Positions 25,716-38,800 of a DNA stretch of 64,000 nt are shown here, piece after piece. This DNA comes from Cenococcum geophilum (lineage: Eukaryota), in contig CP158635.1 in assembly GCA_050273025.1 (NCBI GenBank), forward strand, positions 19,840,001 to 19,904,000, in the 5' to 3' direction. The translations under genes were made by a program, and so were the position numbers. Within the stretch, counting starts at the first letter, position 1, and each line of letters starts with the position of its first letter. The notes under the pieces were generated by a model. It worked only from the letters and a program-made list of their open reading frames with translations, had not been told where the DNA came from and did not search any database.

Positions 25716-28700
25716 TAGTGATGGAAATGGATTAGAGTGGTGTGGATTAAGGCTCAAATCCACTCTATCTAGCAAATAGCTGGTGGAGCTCCAGGAGCTC
25801 CAGCATGTGACTATACTATTAATAGTATATACATATAAGTCTTGGCAACCTTTTAGTGTTAAGGAATCTAGGTGCAAATCTCACTAATTTAACGCCCTTA
25901 ATCCTTATCGTCATCCTTACCGCTATCCTCACTAGCTTCCTCCACCTTACTAGTAATATCGTCGCCTTCTAGATTAGCCAGTTGCTCTGCTAAAGGTCTG
26001 CCCCCAGCAGCACTTACTTAACGGTCCGCCTCAGCCTCCGCCTTATCACCTTCCTTATCGTAAGTAGCCAGCTTCTTTAAAACCTCCGCGACCGCGGCTT
26101 TGTATTTATTAAATGATGCTATCTATATAGTCCCCTCCTCAGCCTCTACCTCCGCCACGTCCTTATTATCAAACGTCCGTTTTGGCGGCGGCCCGTACAA
26201 GTAGCGAAGACTCTTATTTACTTCAATTATATCTATCTAAAGCCGCGAGCGGCGGTCCTTAAGTAGTATCTTAGCGCTGCTAAACAGCCGTTCGCACTTA
26301 TCCGATATAGGTAGTATAGTGAGGATATTAAGGGCGAAGCGGGCAAGAGTAGGCTGGCTTAAATAGCGGTCGTTCTAGTATTTAATAATATTAAATTCGT
26401 TAAGCTTATACTTAGTAAGCTGTAGAGGATTTATCTTAATATAGTCCTTATAGTAATTAATCGCCAAAGGTATAGAGGAGTTGTCCAATATATAAGCTGT
26501 CTTAAGGCGTTTATAAGCTTTAGCAGAAGTAAATATCTTGCATATTTAATTGCGAGCTCGTTATAGTATTTAGCTTCTTATTAAGAAGGGGGACGACTTA
26601 TTAGATACTTACTTGCCTTTATATTTACCCTAAAGCTCCTTAACTATATCTACTACCCTCTAAATCTAATCCTTCTTTACTAGGTAGTCTCCCCACTTAT
26701 TATTAAACCACTATAGCTTTAAAGTCGGATTAAGAACTATTACTGCATAGTACGCAGCCGTCTCATCTACCTTCAAATAGTACTTCTCGCACTTTATCTA
26801 CGCAGCCTCCGCGTAGCCAGCTAAATATTTATAGTTCTTTACATTAAGTAAACAATGCTTTGTTTTCGCAAGCTCTAGAAACCTCTACTTAGTATCTTAA
26901 AGCTAGAGTAAAAGCTAATCTAATATAGTAAAGTGGTCGCCAATATTCGTCTAGTTGCCTTCTACTATAATAGTAGCCTTATAGAAGGTTTTAAGGTAGT
27001 TATAAAGATAGCCAAGCTCTTGCCAGTAGCGCTCTTGCAAAATATTATCCTTAGTAAGAGGCTTTAAGCTAGGTAAGGGCGTATAGGTATAGTAGAACTC
27101 CTATACACGTTCGCGGCAGTTTAGGAAGCGGCCAATTGCTATAAATAGCGAATTCTATTATGTTGCGTTGTTTTAGATAAGCTATTAAATTTATTAGTAT
27201 CGCGACCGTAGAAAAAGGATTATTATAATCCCACCTCCGCAGCCAATTAGATAAGGTGGCGAATATTACATACTTGTAGTCTATTAAATTTGGCCAATAA
27301 ACCCCCCATCTTAATCCTTTTAAAGAAGTTACGGCGCTAAGGGGTTATACAAATATACTAAACGAGGTTGTGAAGCAAACTAATAGCCCCCTACTTGCGC
27401 CAGAGCTTTCTAATCTTCCTTATATCACCCTCCCGGTAGGCAGCATTAAGCTCCTTACAACCCTTTTTAGCGTCCTTCCCTATAATAAAGGATTAAGTAT
27501 AGAGGTTAGTAATATAGCCAAAACAACGTAGCCGACGAGCCTTTTATTACTTTACTAATATATTTTTATAAAGGGTTCGAAGAATAAGGTCAATACACTT
27601 ATCGTTTATACTATTATTGTCCGCTATAAAATATCCAATATTACCCTAGATACCGTACTCCCTAAATAGGACAATTAGGGCCGCTGCTATATTCTCACCG
27701 CTATACTTACTAGGAACCTTATAAAGCCCTAAAACAACCTGCCGTTACCTACCCTACTTATTAATAAAGTGGGCTAAAATACTAAGGACCGCGTAGGAGT
27801 TCGGTAACGTCTATAAGTCGAAGGATATTAATACCGCGCTATAAACCTAGGAGAGCTCTAAATTCAAGGCCTTCCTATGAGCATTATATGCTTTAATTAC
27901 CCACTTTCTAATTATATAAGCTACCCGCGGTAAGAGCTTATTAAGCCCCAAATATAGAAAGCATAATAGCTAGCGGAAGTAGGCGTTTTTAAATTGGAAA
28001 AAGGCGACGTAGTAGTAGACAATCCAGCGTACGAGCAACGCCTTAAAGCCAGTAAACGTTTTTATCCTATTAAGAGAGGCCTGTTTAGGATACTCCTCAA
28101 TTATTAGCTGTCCCGAATTAGACGGCTTTAGTAGAAGAAGCTCGCCTATTATCTTATCTATATAATAATCCTTAGCAAGGTATTCTAGGGTAGTTAATCT
28201 TCTAGATAAAACAACCATAAGCTCCTACTAACGCTTCTGTCTCTTATATAGGTAGCAGTAGTAATACTACTTAGATTAATCGCCGCCCTTTTCTATAATA
28301 TCCTCGCCCCATTTCCATATTGGCGATATATACTGCTTTATATATAGTACTGGCTTTATTAAAGTTCCACACTAAATATACACCTTACTGTTTAGCCGGA
28401 ACTCCTCTATATCCTTTGCAGAATTAACAGTGTTTAGATTAATTGACTTTAGGGTAAGGATAATATTGTTAGAGGCAGAAGATACGCGTAGAGGGAAGAG
28501 GTGCTGCTATACCTGGGGTATGGCGAATAACACTAAGGAAGAGGTAGTAATAGTAAGGTAGGTAGCGAGGACGAGCTTTAAGGAGGGCGCCAGATATAGG
28601 CAAGCAGCGGTAAGGGCTAGACGATGGACATAAGTCAAATATTAGGTGGCTGAGACTATAATTTTCAGACGCCCTACCATAAGGAGTACCACTAATTGGC

Positions 28701-28885
28701 TATTTACTATACACTAACTACTAAACGCTCAATCCTCCTCCCGAAGAGGTATAAGCTGTGGAGCTCCAGGAGCCCCACCAGCTTTAATCCACGCCACTCC
28801 ACCAATCAAATCAATCGATCCAAATCCACTAAAAGGGGTGCTCCATCTAGAGCTCCAAATAGCCTCCAATCCAGTTCTATCACTA
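25716..28885 (-). mobile_element. Full-length hAT DNA transposon (3170 bp); transposase disrupted by RIP stops
   Basis: Imperfect TIRs TAGTGATGGAAATGGATT / AATCCAGTTCTATCACTA. Perfect 8-bp TSD TCCGGATT (25708-25715 and 28886-28893). Relics include ISFDLWTSPNSYAVL, YFMADN, RLRCFGHI.NL, NATRWNS and MSDECERLFSSAK. Confidence 0.95.
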
Positions 28886-28950
28886 TCCGGATTGGACTAG
28901 ACCATTAGTAAATCTCGTTCAGTAGTTACTACATGACTACCGTACGCGTT

Positions 28951-29863
28951 TCACATATTTTTGATTTGCTTCTGGCGCCCCTCGAATTTCTTAACATGTG
29001 TAAAGACGACAGGATACACCAAAAAATCCATAAGGGTCGCGCTCCAGATCATCAATGCGCCGCAGGGCGAATGAACGAAGCTATGGCCGTCTGGCCAGTC
29101 TCTGGGATAGTGCCATACGCGCATCTCGAGCAAGCAGACGACCGCAAATGTCCCCACCGCTCGGCACCACCTAGAAACCCGATACCTCATCAGAAAAGAT
29201 CTGTGAGACATGGCGTGGAATATATGTGAGAGAGCGGCTTACCAAATCCCCCAGGAGTGTCCCCTCGTACTACCCCTTGAGAGTAACTGTATAATACTCA
29301 TCAAAGATACGGACACTTGCAGAATAAAACCGGACCAGAAGGTCACATCGGTGATGCCCTGGAACTGGATCTTGAATGCCCACAGACCAACCAGGCTCAT
29401 TACGATAGATAGAGTAATAATAGTGACGAGATTCTCAGCAATGAGAGGACTGTTTTTCCACTCCCTTGGCCAAAACTTGATCGTCGCATAGACAAGGAAG
29501 AGATCCACAATAAAGGGAATTGTAGAGGCTATCCGGTCGAGGATTGTTGGAGATTTAATGATGTAAAGAAACTCCCATGAGACATTGCTGCAACTATACA
29601 ATTTTATTCATTTACAGATCAGTTATGGACATTTTGTAGACTGGGCTAACGAAGGATCCCACAATCAGGTGGCAGAGACCATTAACTCACAGCGAAATGA
29701 GAGGCATTCCATAAGACTTGTCACGGAAGGATTTCCGAATGTAGAGGACATATGCGATAGTCCAGAGAGCAGAACAGACAAGAAATAAAACCATCTGTAT
29801 CCAGAGGTACACCTCAGGTGGGCCATGTTCCATGTCGAAGGGAGTTCTCCATGGGAACTCCAT
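28951..29863 (-). CDS. Pyr4/PaxB-family integral-membrane terpene cyclase, intact, 247 aa; exons 29863-29691, 29593-29243, 29170-28951
   Basis: Spliced product MEFPWRTPFDMEHGPPEVYLWIQMVLFLVCSALWTIAYVLYIRKSFRDKSYGMPLISLCSNVSWEFLY...QLLSRGSTRGHSWGIWWCRAVGT...MDFLVYPVVFTHVKK. Canonical GT..AG introns of 97 and 72 nt. The 744-nt frame is open. Family hallmarks are present: YGMP..L..N..WE, RGSTRG.S..IW, a late Asp and multiple hydrophobic segments. No RIP bias. Confidence 0.93.
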
Positions 29864-31336
29864 CGCGACAAGTGAGACAAGAATCGCTGAGGCAGGGGAG
29901 AAAGGGAGGCGGCGTTGGTTTAAAAAAAGTGGACTTTTAGGCTGGCAAGGGCGTGAGCTCTACCGCCGATGGCGGTCGTCTTAACAGTCGTGCTTCTAAC
30001 TTAAGACGGGAAAGCAAACCTTAATTAGGAGTAACTCCATAGTATGGTAACTTGGGTTCATTAAGGGCTCAGGTCGTGGCTGATTACTAATTACTGTACT
30101 TTAGACACTTAGGCTATTTGCTGAGAGATATCACTATTGCCTCAGTGCGCATGGGGAAAGATAGCTGAGTGTGCTAAATTATTTACCTCAGCAAGCTCAG
30201 ACGCATAACGTGTTTCACCACTCCTCGGGCTTTGGCGTATGAGTTAATTCATGTAATCCTTGGTACGATTTTCCCCGTTTTCCCACGGAGATTTCAACAA
30301 CAGCAATTAATTAACTTTATCACCAAGTAAGGCCACTTTTTTACAGTAAAATTGTTACACACACTAATTCTTAGTGTTTTAATGGTATTTAGCACCTATA
30401 TAAGCGCTTAGCCTTCTAAAAAGAGGAAAGGAGACTTTTTAAGATTTACTTTAAACTACCCCACTCCTTACAGTGTTTTTATCAGTCTTTAGTACTAATT
30501 ACGCTTATTAAAATATTAAATATTAACGTTTAATATTTAATACCAATACGATATATTTAATACTGAAAGTTATTAAATATTAAATATTTTGGAGTTAAAG
30601 TAGTAGAAATACGGCCTAAAGGCTTGGTAAATGACTCTTAAGCCTCTTAACAATACTTATACATTCTAAATTTATTAAGTAAAGTTAAAATTACTAAGAT
30701 TAAATTTGGGTTTATAAGTAATTACATATAATATCTTTAAATTTTGCACCCCTATACTTGTTTTACCTTTATAATTAACACTATACCTTTTCTACCTCCT
30801 AGTATTACTAATAATTATAATATAACCCTATCTACTCTTTTTGATTTTAATTTTAATTAGTTTATTTAACTTACTAAAGATAATACATTAAGCAACTCTT
30901 AGCTAAAAATATAAAACAGAACTACTTTTTAACCACTTTTTAGAAAATACAGGCAAACTACTATTTTTATTTAAAGTTTTGCCTACAATTCTCTTCCTAA
31001 TAAATCTATTTGTAATAGTAAGAATTAAATTTAATACTATTTAATATACAAATAAGATTTTGCCTTTTTAATATTTATATACACTTACTTAAATAAAAAG
31101 CATAGTATAGGGATTTAAGTAGGAGAGATTAAGGCAAATTAACTACAGTAGGAGTGCCCTTTAAATATATTAAATAAACTAAAAGGCTTTTAATAACTTT
31201 AACACAAAACATTAAAAAGAAAATCTTTAAGCTGTAATTAATTATAATGCTTTTAACAAAGCTCTTATATAATTTATTACTGTATAAAATCTACTATATA
31301 ATGCAGCTACCCGGCTAGAGCTATACACCTTACTAA

Positions 31337-32560
31337 TACGTCAGGAAAAATTTACCAACATTTTTGCAGCATTTGGCGGTATTTAGCAGCCAAATGCGCA
31401 ATCCGCGCACCGCGCCCTATAGCCTATCCCTTGTACGGATAAGCGCGCTCTATAAAATGCGGCCCTAGCTACGCCTACGCGACTACAATATCTAGACCTG
31501 GCACCGATACGAACCAATACAAACCGATAAAATATTGGTTATCGGAAATATATTAGCAATATAATATTGCCAATATTGGGTAAAAAATAAAAATAACTAG
31601 CTTTACGCAGCCTTATATTATAAAAGAGCCTTACTACTTTATAAAAAAGCTTTTTTATAAGGTAAGATATAGATAGGGAGTTTAATTAATAGAATAATAG
31701 GGTATATTATAAGAATAGACGAATCCTTAAGGAAAAGGAGGTATCCGGCTATAAGCGCACGTACCCTATATACGAGTCGCCAAGGTTTTTAGGGAGCCTT
31801 TAGCGGGTCTAGGGGTATAGACCGCCTAAAATCTTATTGCTTAGGCGATAGAGCCCCTATAACTTTAGCGACCTTATAGGGGCTCTATTACCTAAGTAAC
31901 GAGATTTTAAACGGTCTATACCCCTAGACCTACTAAATACCCCTAAAAGAGACCTAAAACCTCAGCTGCCTACCCCCCCTACTCCCCCTCCCCCCCTACT
32001 AATAGTATTAAAAATAAGAGATAATTTAAAATTTAGAAGATAACCTTTAGGTATAATATAAAATTTTAATATACTAAGTAATATTAGTAATACTAATATT
32101 TTATTAGTTCGTATTAGATAAGATTTTATCATTGCTAGCACTGACAATATCTCGCAGCTAGAGTACACGGTCTACATTTTATACGACCCTATCTATATAA
32201 GGGATAGTCTTAGGCATAGTGCAGCTAAATGCTCTAAATGCTCTAAATACTCCAAATACTCTAAATACTCTAAATACTCTAAATATTCTAAATGCTTTAA
32301 ATACTCTAAATATATTAAATATACTACTAGTATTAGTAATATATGTATAAGAGTATATATATTAGATCCCACCGCGCTTATAATAAGTTCGCAAGCACTT
32401 TTTATCTTTTTAGCCGTATAGCAACGTAGAGGCAGGATACGTTATAATATGCTTATTATAGTACGAAGTAAGGTATAAAGTAAAAGTATAAAAATTAATA
32501 TTATATAAAGATTTATATAGGGGGTAAGGCGGGTATATATATGCATTGCTTAGGGGTTAT
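31337..32560. mobile_element. Second, divergent copy of the terminal region seen at 8372-9240
   Basis: TACGTCAGGAAAAATTTACCAACATTTT matches 8371-8400. 32445-32558 matches ~9120-9235 (GTAAAAGTATA.AATTAATAT...AAAGAT.TATATAGG.GGTAAGG..GTATATATA.GC.T.GCTTAGGGGTT). A 9-bp CTAAATACT array lies at 32225-32320. Confidence 0.6.
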
Positions 32561-32562
32561 TA

Positions 32563-32800
32563 CTACCTACCTACTAACCTACCTATCTACCTACCTACCT
32601 ACCTACCTACCTACCTACCTACCTACCTACCTACCTACCTACCTACCTACCTACCTACCTACCTACCTACCTACCTACCTACCTACCTACCTACCTACCT
32701 ACCTACCTACCTATCTACCTACCTACCTACCTACCTACCTACCTACCTACCTGCCTACCTACCTACCTACTTACCTCTCTACCTACTTATCTATCTATCT
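32563..32800. repeat. (CTAC)n microsatellite, ~60 units
   Basis: Directly visible. It generates the spurious YLPT-repeat ORFs. Confidence 0.98.
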
Positions 32801-35800
32801 AGGTAGGCGACCTATACCCATACTAGTATAGATAATTTTAATAATAATATGGAAAAGGCTTAGCTTAATACGTGTTATGGGACGGGGCAGTGGCTATAAG
32901 ACGTATGTATTCGAGGAGTCTACAAGACGTTACGCGATCAATCATAAGGGTCGAGGGCGTAAGGAGGTGATATACCTACGCGTAGCTAACATAAGCTATA
33001 CGCGAGGTGTACGCGAGAGCACGGGGCTCTCCTATAGAGGCCCCTGCGGTGGGGTTCCGTAACACTACCCCCCCTCCTATAGAGGCGGAGCTCTGGCGAC
33101 GCTATAGTTACTATATATATATAGAAGGGACACTTAGGGTATAGAAAAGAAAAAAGGGGGGTATCGCTAAAGGCTTAAAACAACGTTATGTAATAAGGCT
33201 TGGCATCTAAGAATCCGACCAATCAGACAACTTTAACCGCCGGTTAAAGTTCCTGGACATCTTAACGATATTCCAGTTATATAATCGCACTTTACCGTAA
33301 TCTGACGGTAATCTAACGGTAATTTACCCCTACGTGGCAATATACAACGGTTTAACTCTATAAGGGCTCCTATAGAGGATTAGGTATAAAATCTCTACTT
33401 AGGCCCAGTTTCTGTGGGTTCGCGTAGTAAAAGTCGCTAATTAGATCCTTTGCATTTTCAAAGTCTTCCTATAGTTGCTATTCTAGCTAATCTATGTCGA
33501 ATCCTATATATATAGCTCTGTAGTAGAGCCATCGTCCTCTACCTTTGCCAAAGTATTTAGAGTCGATAATTTATTTAACGGTCCACTCCTTATAGTTCTT
33601 ATCTTTATTCTTATCTTAGATTAGTACTAATAGGGGTTCGGGCTATATCTGCCCCGGTAAGGGGTTAGGCTAGTGAAGGTGTAGTAGCTATAGGTAAAAT
33701 ATAGGCTATATCCCGCGGGTGGCTAGGGTAGGCGGGAGCTCTAGCTCGTATGCGGCTCCCCTATTAATAACTCATTTAATTAGGTAGGGGCTAAGGTTCT
33801 TATAATTAAGTGACTTTATAGGCCTCTGTATAGAGATATTACGTACATCTAGCTATACCTAGTTGCCAACACGCATCTCTAGTAGTGGCGTTCTATAACG
33901 GTCGGCGAAGTAAGCCTACTTTGCTTAAGCCTAGGCCATTTCTCCCTTACAATAGTTAAGTAGATTTTTTATGCGGTCTGCATGCTGGTCGGTAAGTAGC
34001 ATCTTAAGGCGTTTTCTATATGGCAGTTTCTTATCAATAGGTTCTGGTGGTTCTATGCCGGATTAGGGGTAATATCCCTTATTCGCGAAGAACGGGGTAA
34101 GTCCTATAGTAGTTAAGACGTGGTTATTCGCTGCGAATTTACCCAGTAGGAGGTAATCTACCCAGTTATCTTAACTATAGGCGACTACTTATCGTAGGTA
34201 CGCTTTTATGCTAGCATTAGCGTTTTCCAGTTACCTAGTAGTTTTGTGGTAAAAGGATATAGACATCTTAATAGAGATGCCAAGGCGTTAGCAGATTTGT
34301 CTCTATATATCAGAGCCGAACTATATGCCTTAGTTAGATGTAATTAAGTTAGGTAACCTATATAATCGGTAAATTTCGCAAAGAAAGGCATTAGTAACGT
34401 CGCTAACGGCTACGCCTTCGGTTAGGACGTAGTGGCGCTCTTTTATAAGTTGGCATATTATCATAAGGATGTTCTTATAGGTACGGCCATGTCGCTTATA
34501 GGGTGGTAGGTTAACAACGAAATCTATAGCGATATCTGCCCATTGTCGTATAGGTACTAGTAGAGGGTGCAGTAGTCCTTAGTACTTTGTATTAAAGGCC
34601 TTAGCGTGCTTATAACCGTAGTAGGCGCCTATAAAGCGTTCGACTAAGTCTATTAATTTAGGCTAGAAGTAATATCGGCTAAGAAGCTTATAGGTTCCTC
34701 CTCTGCCTAGGTGGCCGCTTAATTAGAGGTTATAGGCTATTTAGATTAGTTGCCGTTATAGATTTTCTAAGTTAGGGATAAATAGACGGCCTCTATAATA
34801 GAGCCTGTTCTCTTTTACTTTTAAGGCTGCTATATTAATCTAGCCTAAGCTTTAGAGTTTAGTTGGCAGCGTACGGGCGCTAGCGGTCTTTACGGCAATA
34901 AGTTAATATAGTAATAGGTCAACAGAGGTGTTATATACCGTGGTAATAAGCTTATTAATTTCGGGAGGTAATTCTAGTTCTATAGTGTGGAGCTAAGGTA
35001 TAGTTAGCTCTATTATAGGTAGCATACCTAGGGCTAAATTCCGTGCTTTTAGGATCGTCTATTATTGGAACTGGTTACGGGGGTTATCTTTAGACTAAGG
35101 AAGGTTTTATAAGCGGCGTATTAGGCTATTAGGCTTAGTACCTTATACTCCTAGCCTATATACGATTTTAAAGTTAAAACTAGAGAGGAACTCATTCCAG
35201 TATACTTAGCATCGGTTTAGCTATTTTATAGTTATAAAGTACTTAAGGTTATAATAATCCGTAAGGACTTTAGTTGGCTAGTTAGGTTCTGCTAAGGAAA
35301 GTTTTAGTTAGAATTCCTTAAACGCTTATATAATCGCGAGAAGTTCCTTATTATAGATCTTATAGTTATATTCTTATAGTATAAGCTTAGATAAATAAAA
35401 TGCGACTAGGTAGAGGAGACTGTCATTACCTATCTAGGAGAGGACGCCTGTGTTAATATGGTCTAAGGAGTTAGTCTTAAGATAGAGTTATCGTCCTGGT
35501 ATAAAGTGAGCTAGGATGGGTGCTTTAGTAAAAGCATCTTTAAGGTCTTAGAACGCCTTCTCGCATTTAGGCGTCCAGATAAAACGTGGATATATTTTTC
35601 TTCCTTTTACGGAAAGGCCCTTTGTTCGCATTATTACTATAAGTAGTACTATAACACCCGAGAAGTTATATATAAATTTTTAATAGAAGTTAGCGAAACT
35701 AAAGAAAGCTTATACGTCTTTAATATAGTTAGGGGTTTACTATTCGGTAATTATATATACCTTCTTAGGGTCTATATGGACACCCTTAGTAGTAACAATT

Positions 35801-38800
35801 AGTCTAAGGTATTTTACTTCTGTGACTAAGAATTCGCACTTCTTTAAATTAATATAAAATCCTACGTCCCTAAGGCGCTGTAGAACCTTTTGAACGTGCT
35901 TAGTATACTTAGAAGGGTCATCGCTATAAATAAGTATATCGTCTAGGTACGCAGAGCAGAAGTCGTTAAAGTAGTCCTATAAGGCGTTATTAATATAGCT
36001 TTAAAAGCTGCCTGGGCCGTTGCATACGCTAAAGGGTATAATAGTATATTCGAATTGGCCAAAGCGCAATGCGAATGCGGTTTTCTATTCGTTACCTTCT
36101 CGTATTTAAAGGCGGTTAAAGGCGGCGATAATATCGAGCTTGGTATAGATTTTAGCTTGGCTAAGCCGCTTAAGAGTCTTATGTATAAGCGGTACGGGGT
36201 ATCGGTTCTTAATTGTGATAGCGTTAAGTCCTCTATAGTTAATATAGAATCGAATACCTCCTCCTAGCTTCTTAGTAAGGAGGATAGGGGCGGCTGCTAG
36301 GGACATGCTAGGGCGAATAAACCCTTTATTAAGGTGTTTATCGATATACTTTTTAACAACTAGAAGTTCGTCTTTTAATATTAGGTAGGGTCTCTTATAG
36401 GGTAGCGTTTTTCCTTATTTAATATTAATAGCATAGTTATTAGGTTAATATAGGGGAGTATATCTGCGCTTTTTTATAAGCACACGTTAATAAAGTTATA
36501 GTACCTCTTAGGGAGGAGCTTGCGGAGTTCCTTATTGGTAAGTCCTTTTTTAAGCTTTATAAACTTCTTAAAGTCTAAAGGTAAAAATCCGTAGAGTTCT
36601 GCGGGGGTATTATTTTCTAGAAGGTCGACTATATCTATCCTATTACTATAGAGGACGTAGTCCTATTCTTTATTAAGCTTATATAGTTATAATTAGGAGG
36701 CTACGGTAACGGTCTAGCCTTTCCTACGTGCTATGCGGTAGAAGGCCGCGGCACTTATATAGTAGTAGTTAGTCATAGGTAGGGTAATAAGGGGTTCCTT
36801 AGGTTAGTATCCTAGGGAGTAGATAGAGGCGGCTAGGCTATATCCTAGGCAGGTCTCTCTACGGTATTTAGAGTTAAAGGTTACTTCTCTCTTTTTCCAG
36901 TTAATGGCGGGGTTGTATTATTCGAGCCAGTTTATTCTAAGGATAATAGGGTAGTTAGTAAGTAGTATAATATAGGCCTAGAGTTCTTCCTAGTGCCTAT
37001 TTATGTCTAGGTGGAGTTATACTATATAGGTAATCTTCTATACGGTATAACTACCGTCGGCGAGTTATAGGGCGCGGGCTTTAGTAAGGGGTAAGGTAGG
37101 TAGGTTATAAGTGCGTATAAATTAGGTATCTATAAATTTATTAGTAGCTCCGCAATTAATTATGGAACGGCTTTTATATTATTTTTTAGCAGTAGTTCCT
37201 ATTACGGGTAAAACTATCTATTTCCGTCTATTTATCTTTACTAAGTTATCTATTAAGCAGGCCGATATATAGATCCCCTTATTATTAGGGCGTCCCAACC
37301 TGCAACTTAGGGCTGGGACTTAGCGTTTTCCGTTTCCGTATCTAACTCTACCGCTATTACTACGTCTTTGTCTTATACGGTAGTGGTATATAGCGACGTA
37401 TTTAGTATTTAAGGTACTAGGTTAAGTATTAGGCAGCGGCTGCTAAACCTAGCCATTAGGTAGTTTAGGCTATAGCTATAATAGCCTTCTTAACAACATC
37501 TATAGCAACGCTTTAGCTTCTAGAGTAGCTCGCGTTCTCTATCTAGTAGCTTCTGCGGAAAGGTTAGTATAGAAAGGTCGATATTAGGACCAGTAGTGTT
37601 GCTTAGGGTAGTAGGCGTTAGTGGTTTAGTAGGTCCAGAGGGCTTCTATAAGGAGGTCTTTGGGTAGAGGTTTGTAGTAGCGATCTAATTTAGTCGTCGT
37701 TTAATCTTTTATATAGCTGCTACCATATTATAAACATTATTGTAGTTATAGCTGGCGGCTGCGTAACTAAGGTAATAAGTAACTTTTTTAAGGAGATCTT
37801 CCTAGTCTTTAGTATCGTCTTAGGCGAGGGCTCTAGTATATTCCTGGAATTTAACATAGAACTCGTCGAATAATTTAGTAGGGCTTATCTTTAGGGCACA
37901 TAGTTTAGCTCGGTTGGTGGCTAGTAGGTTATAGTCATAGTACATTAGGTCAAGATTATTAAGGACTTCTTAGTGGGACTACTACTTCTAGGGGCTATTG
38001 GTCTCCCATTAGGCGAAGAGTCTATTAAATAGTGTACTCTTTATTTACCCAATAATATAGCTAATCTTAGTATCTTCCATAGGAAAAAGGCAGGCGCTCT
38101 AAGTTAGTTTCTCGCGGATTTACATCTTCTAGTAGCTGTATTCTTTGCGGTCTCCCTAAAAAACTAGGGGATTAAAGTAATGTGCATTAGACCCTACGAT
38201 AGTAGCTTAGGTTCAGTCGTTATAGCTTTTATCGTCACTTTAGTAGGGGTTCCTATTAGGTAAGGCTGCTCGGCGCTAACCCTCCGTTAAGCGTTAAGTA
38301 GGTAAAGTTGCCGGGGGCGTAGAGACTTAAGTGGCGTTATATACAGTAGAGAGGTGTCTAGTGTTATTACGAATATGCTCGTTAAGCTAAGATTATAGGT
38401 ATTTAATTGTGCCTTCTTTTTTAGTGACTATAGCAATAAGTGCAATCTTAGCCTTCTTTAACTGTTAGACGTCGCGTTTAGACATATAGAGGTTATCTTC
38501 GGTTTCTTAACGCGTGTTATCGGCGAGCGCCTCACAAGCTTATAGGTCTTAGATGATATCGCGATCTTAGGCAGTACGCATCTCGGCTTATATAAGCTTT
38601 AGGTGGTAGTTCTATAAAAGGCGGTAGTATTTATTGGGTTCTTATGCTACTATTTTTACAAACGTCTCGGCGTCTTATATTTTAATTTTAATAGATAGTA
38701 GCCCTTCCGCTTACTTGTCCGTAGTTATATAGTCAATAAAAGATAAGACATTATTGGTGTCTATCTCCTTAGGGGTTAAGGCTAGGGCTAATAAATCAAA

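Noticed and set aside
25369..25877. Short ORFs in the unique island and across the hAT end
   Set aside because: They have no recognisable motifs, and two of them span the transposon junction.
28933..29788. Plus-strand ORFs 28933-29229, 29210-29491 and 29585-29788, and minus-strand ORF 29665-29880
   Set aside because: They are antisense or alternative-frame shadows of the spliced cyclase gene.
28951..29863. Naming the gene paxB, ltmB or pyr4
   Set aside because: The family is clear, but orthology and product cannot be established without a phylogeny.
32541..32831. ORFs encoding (YLPT)n
   Set aside because: They are translations of the (CTAC)n microsatellite, with no evidence of a gene.
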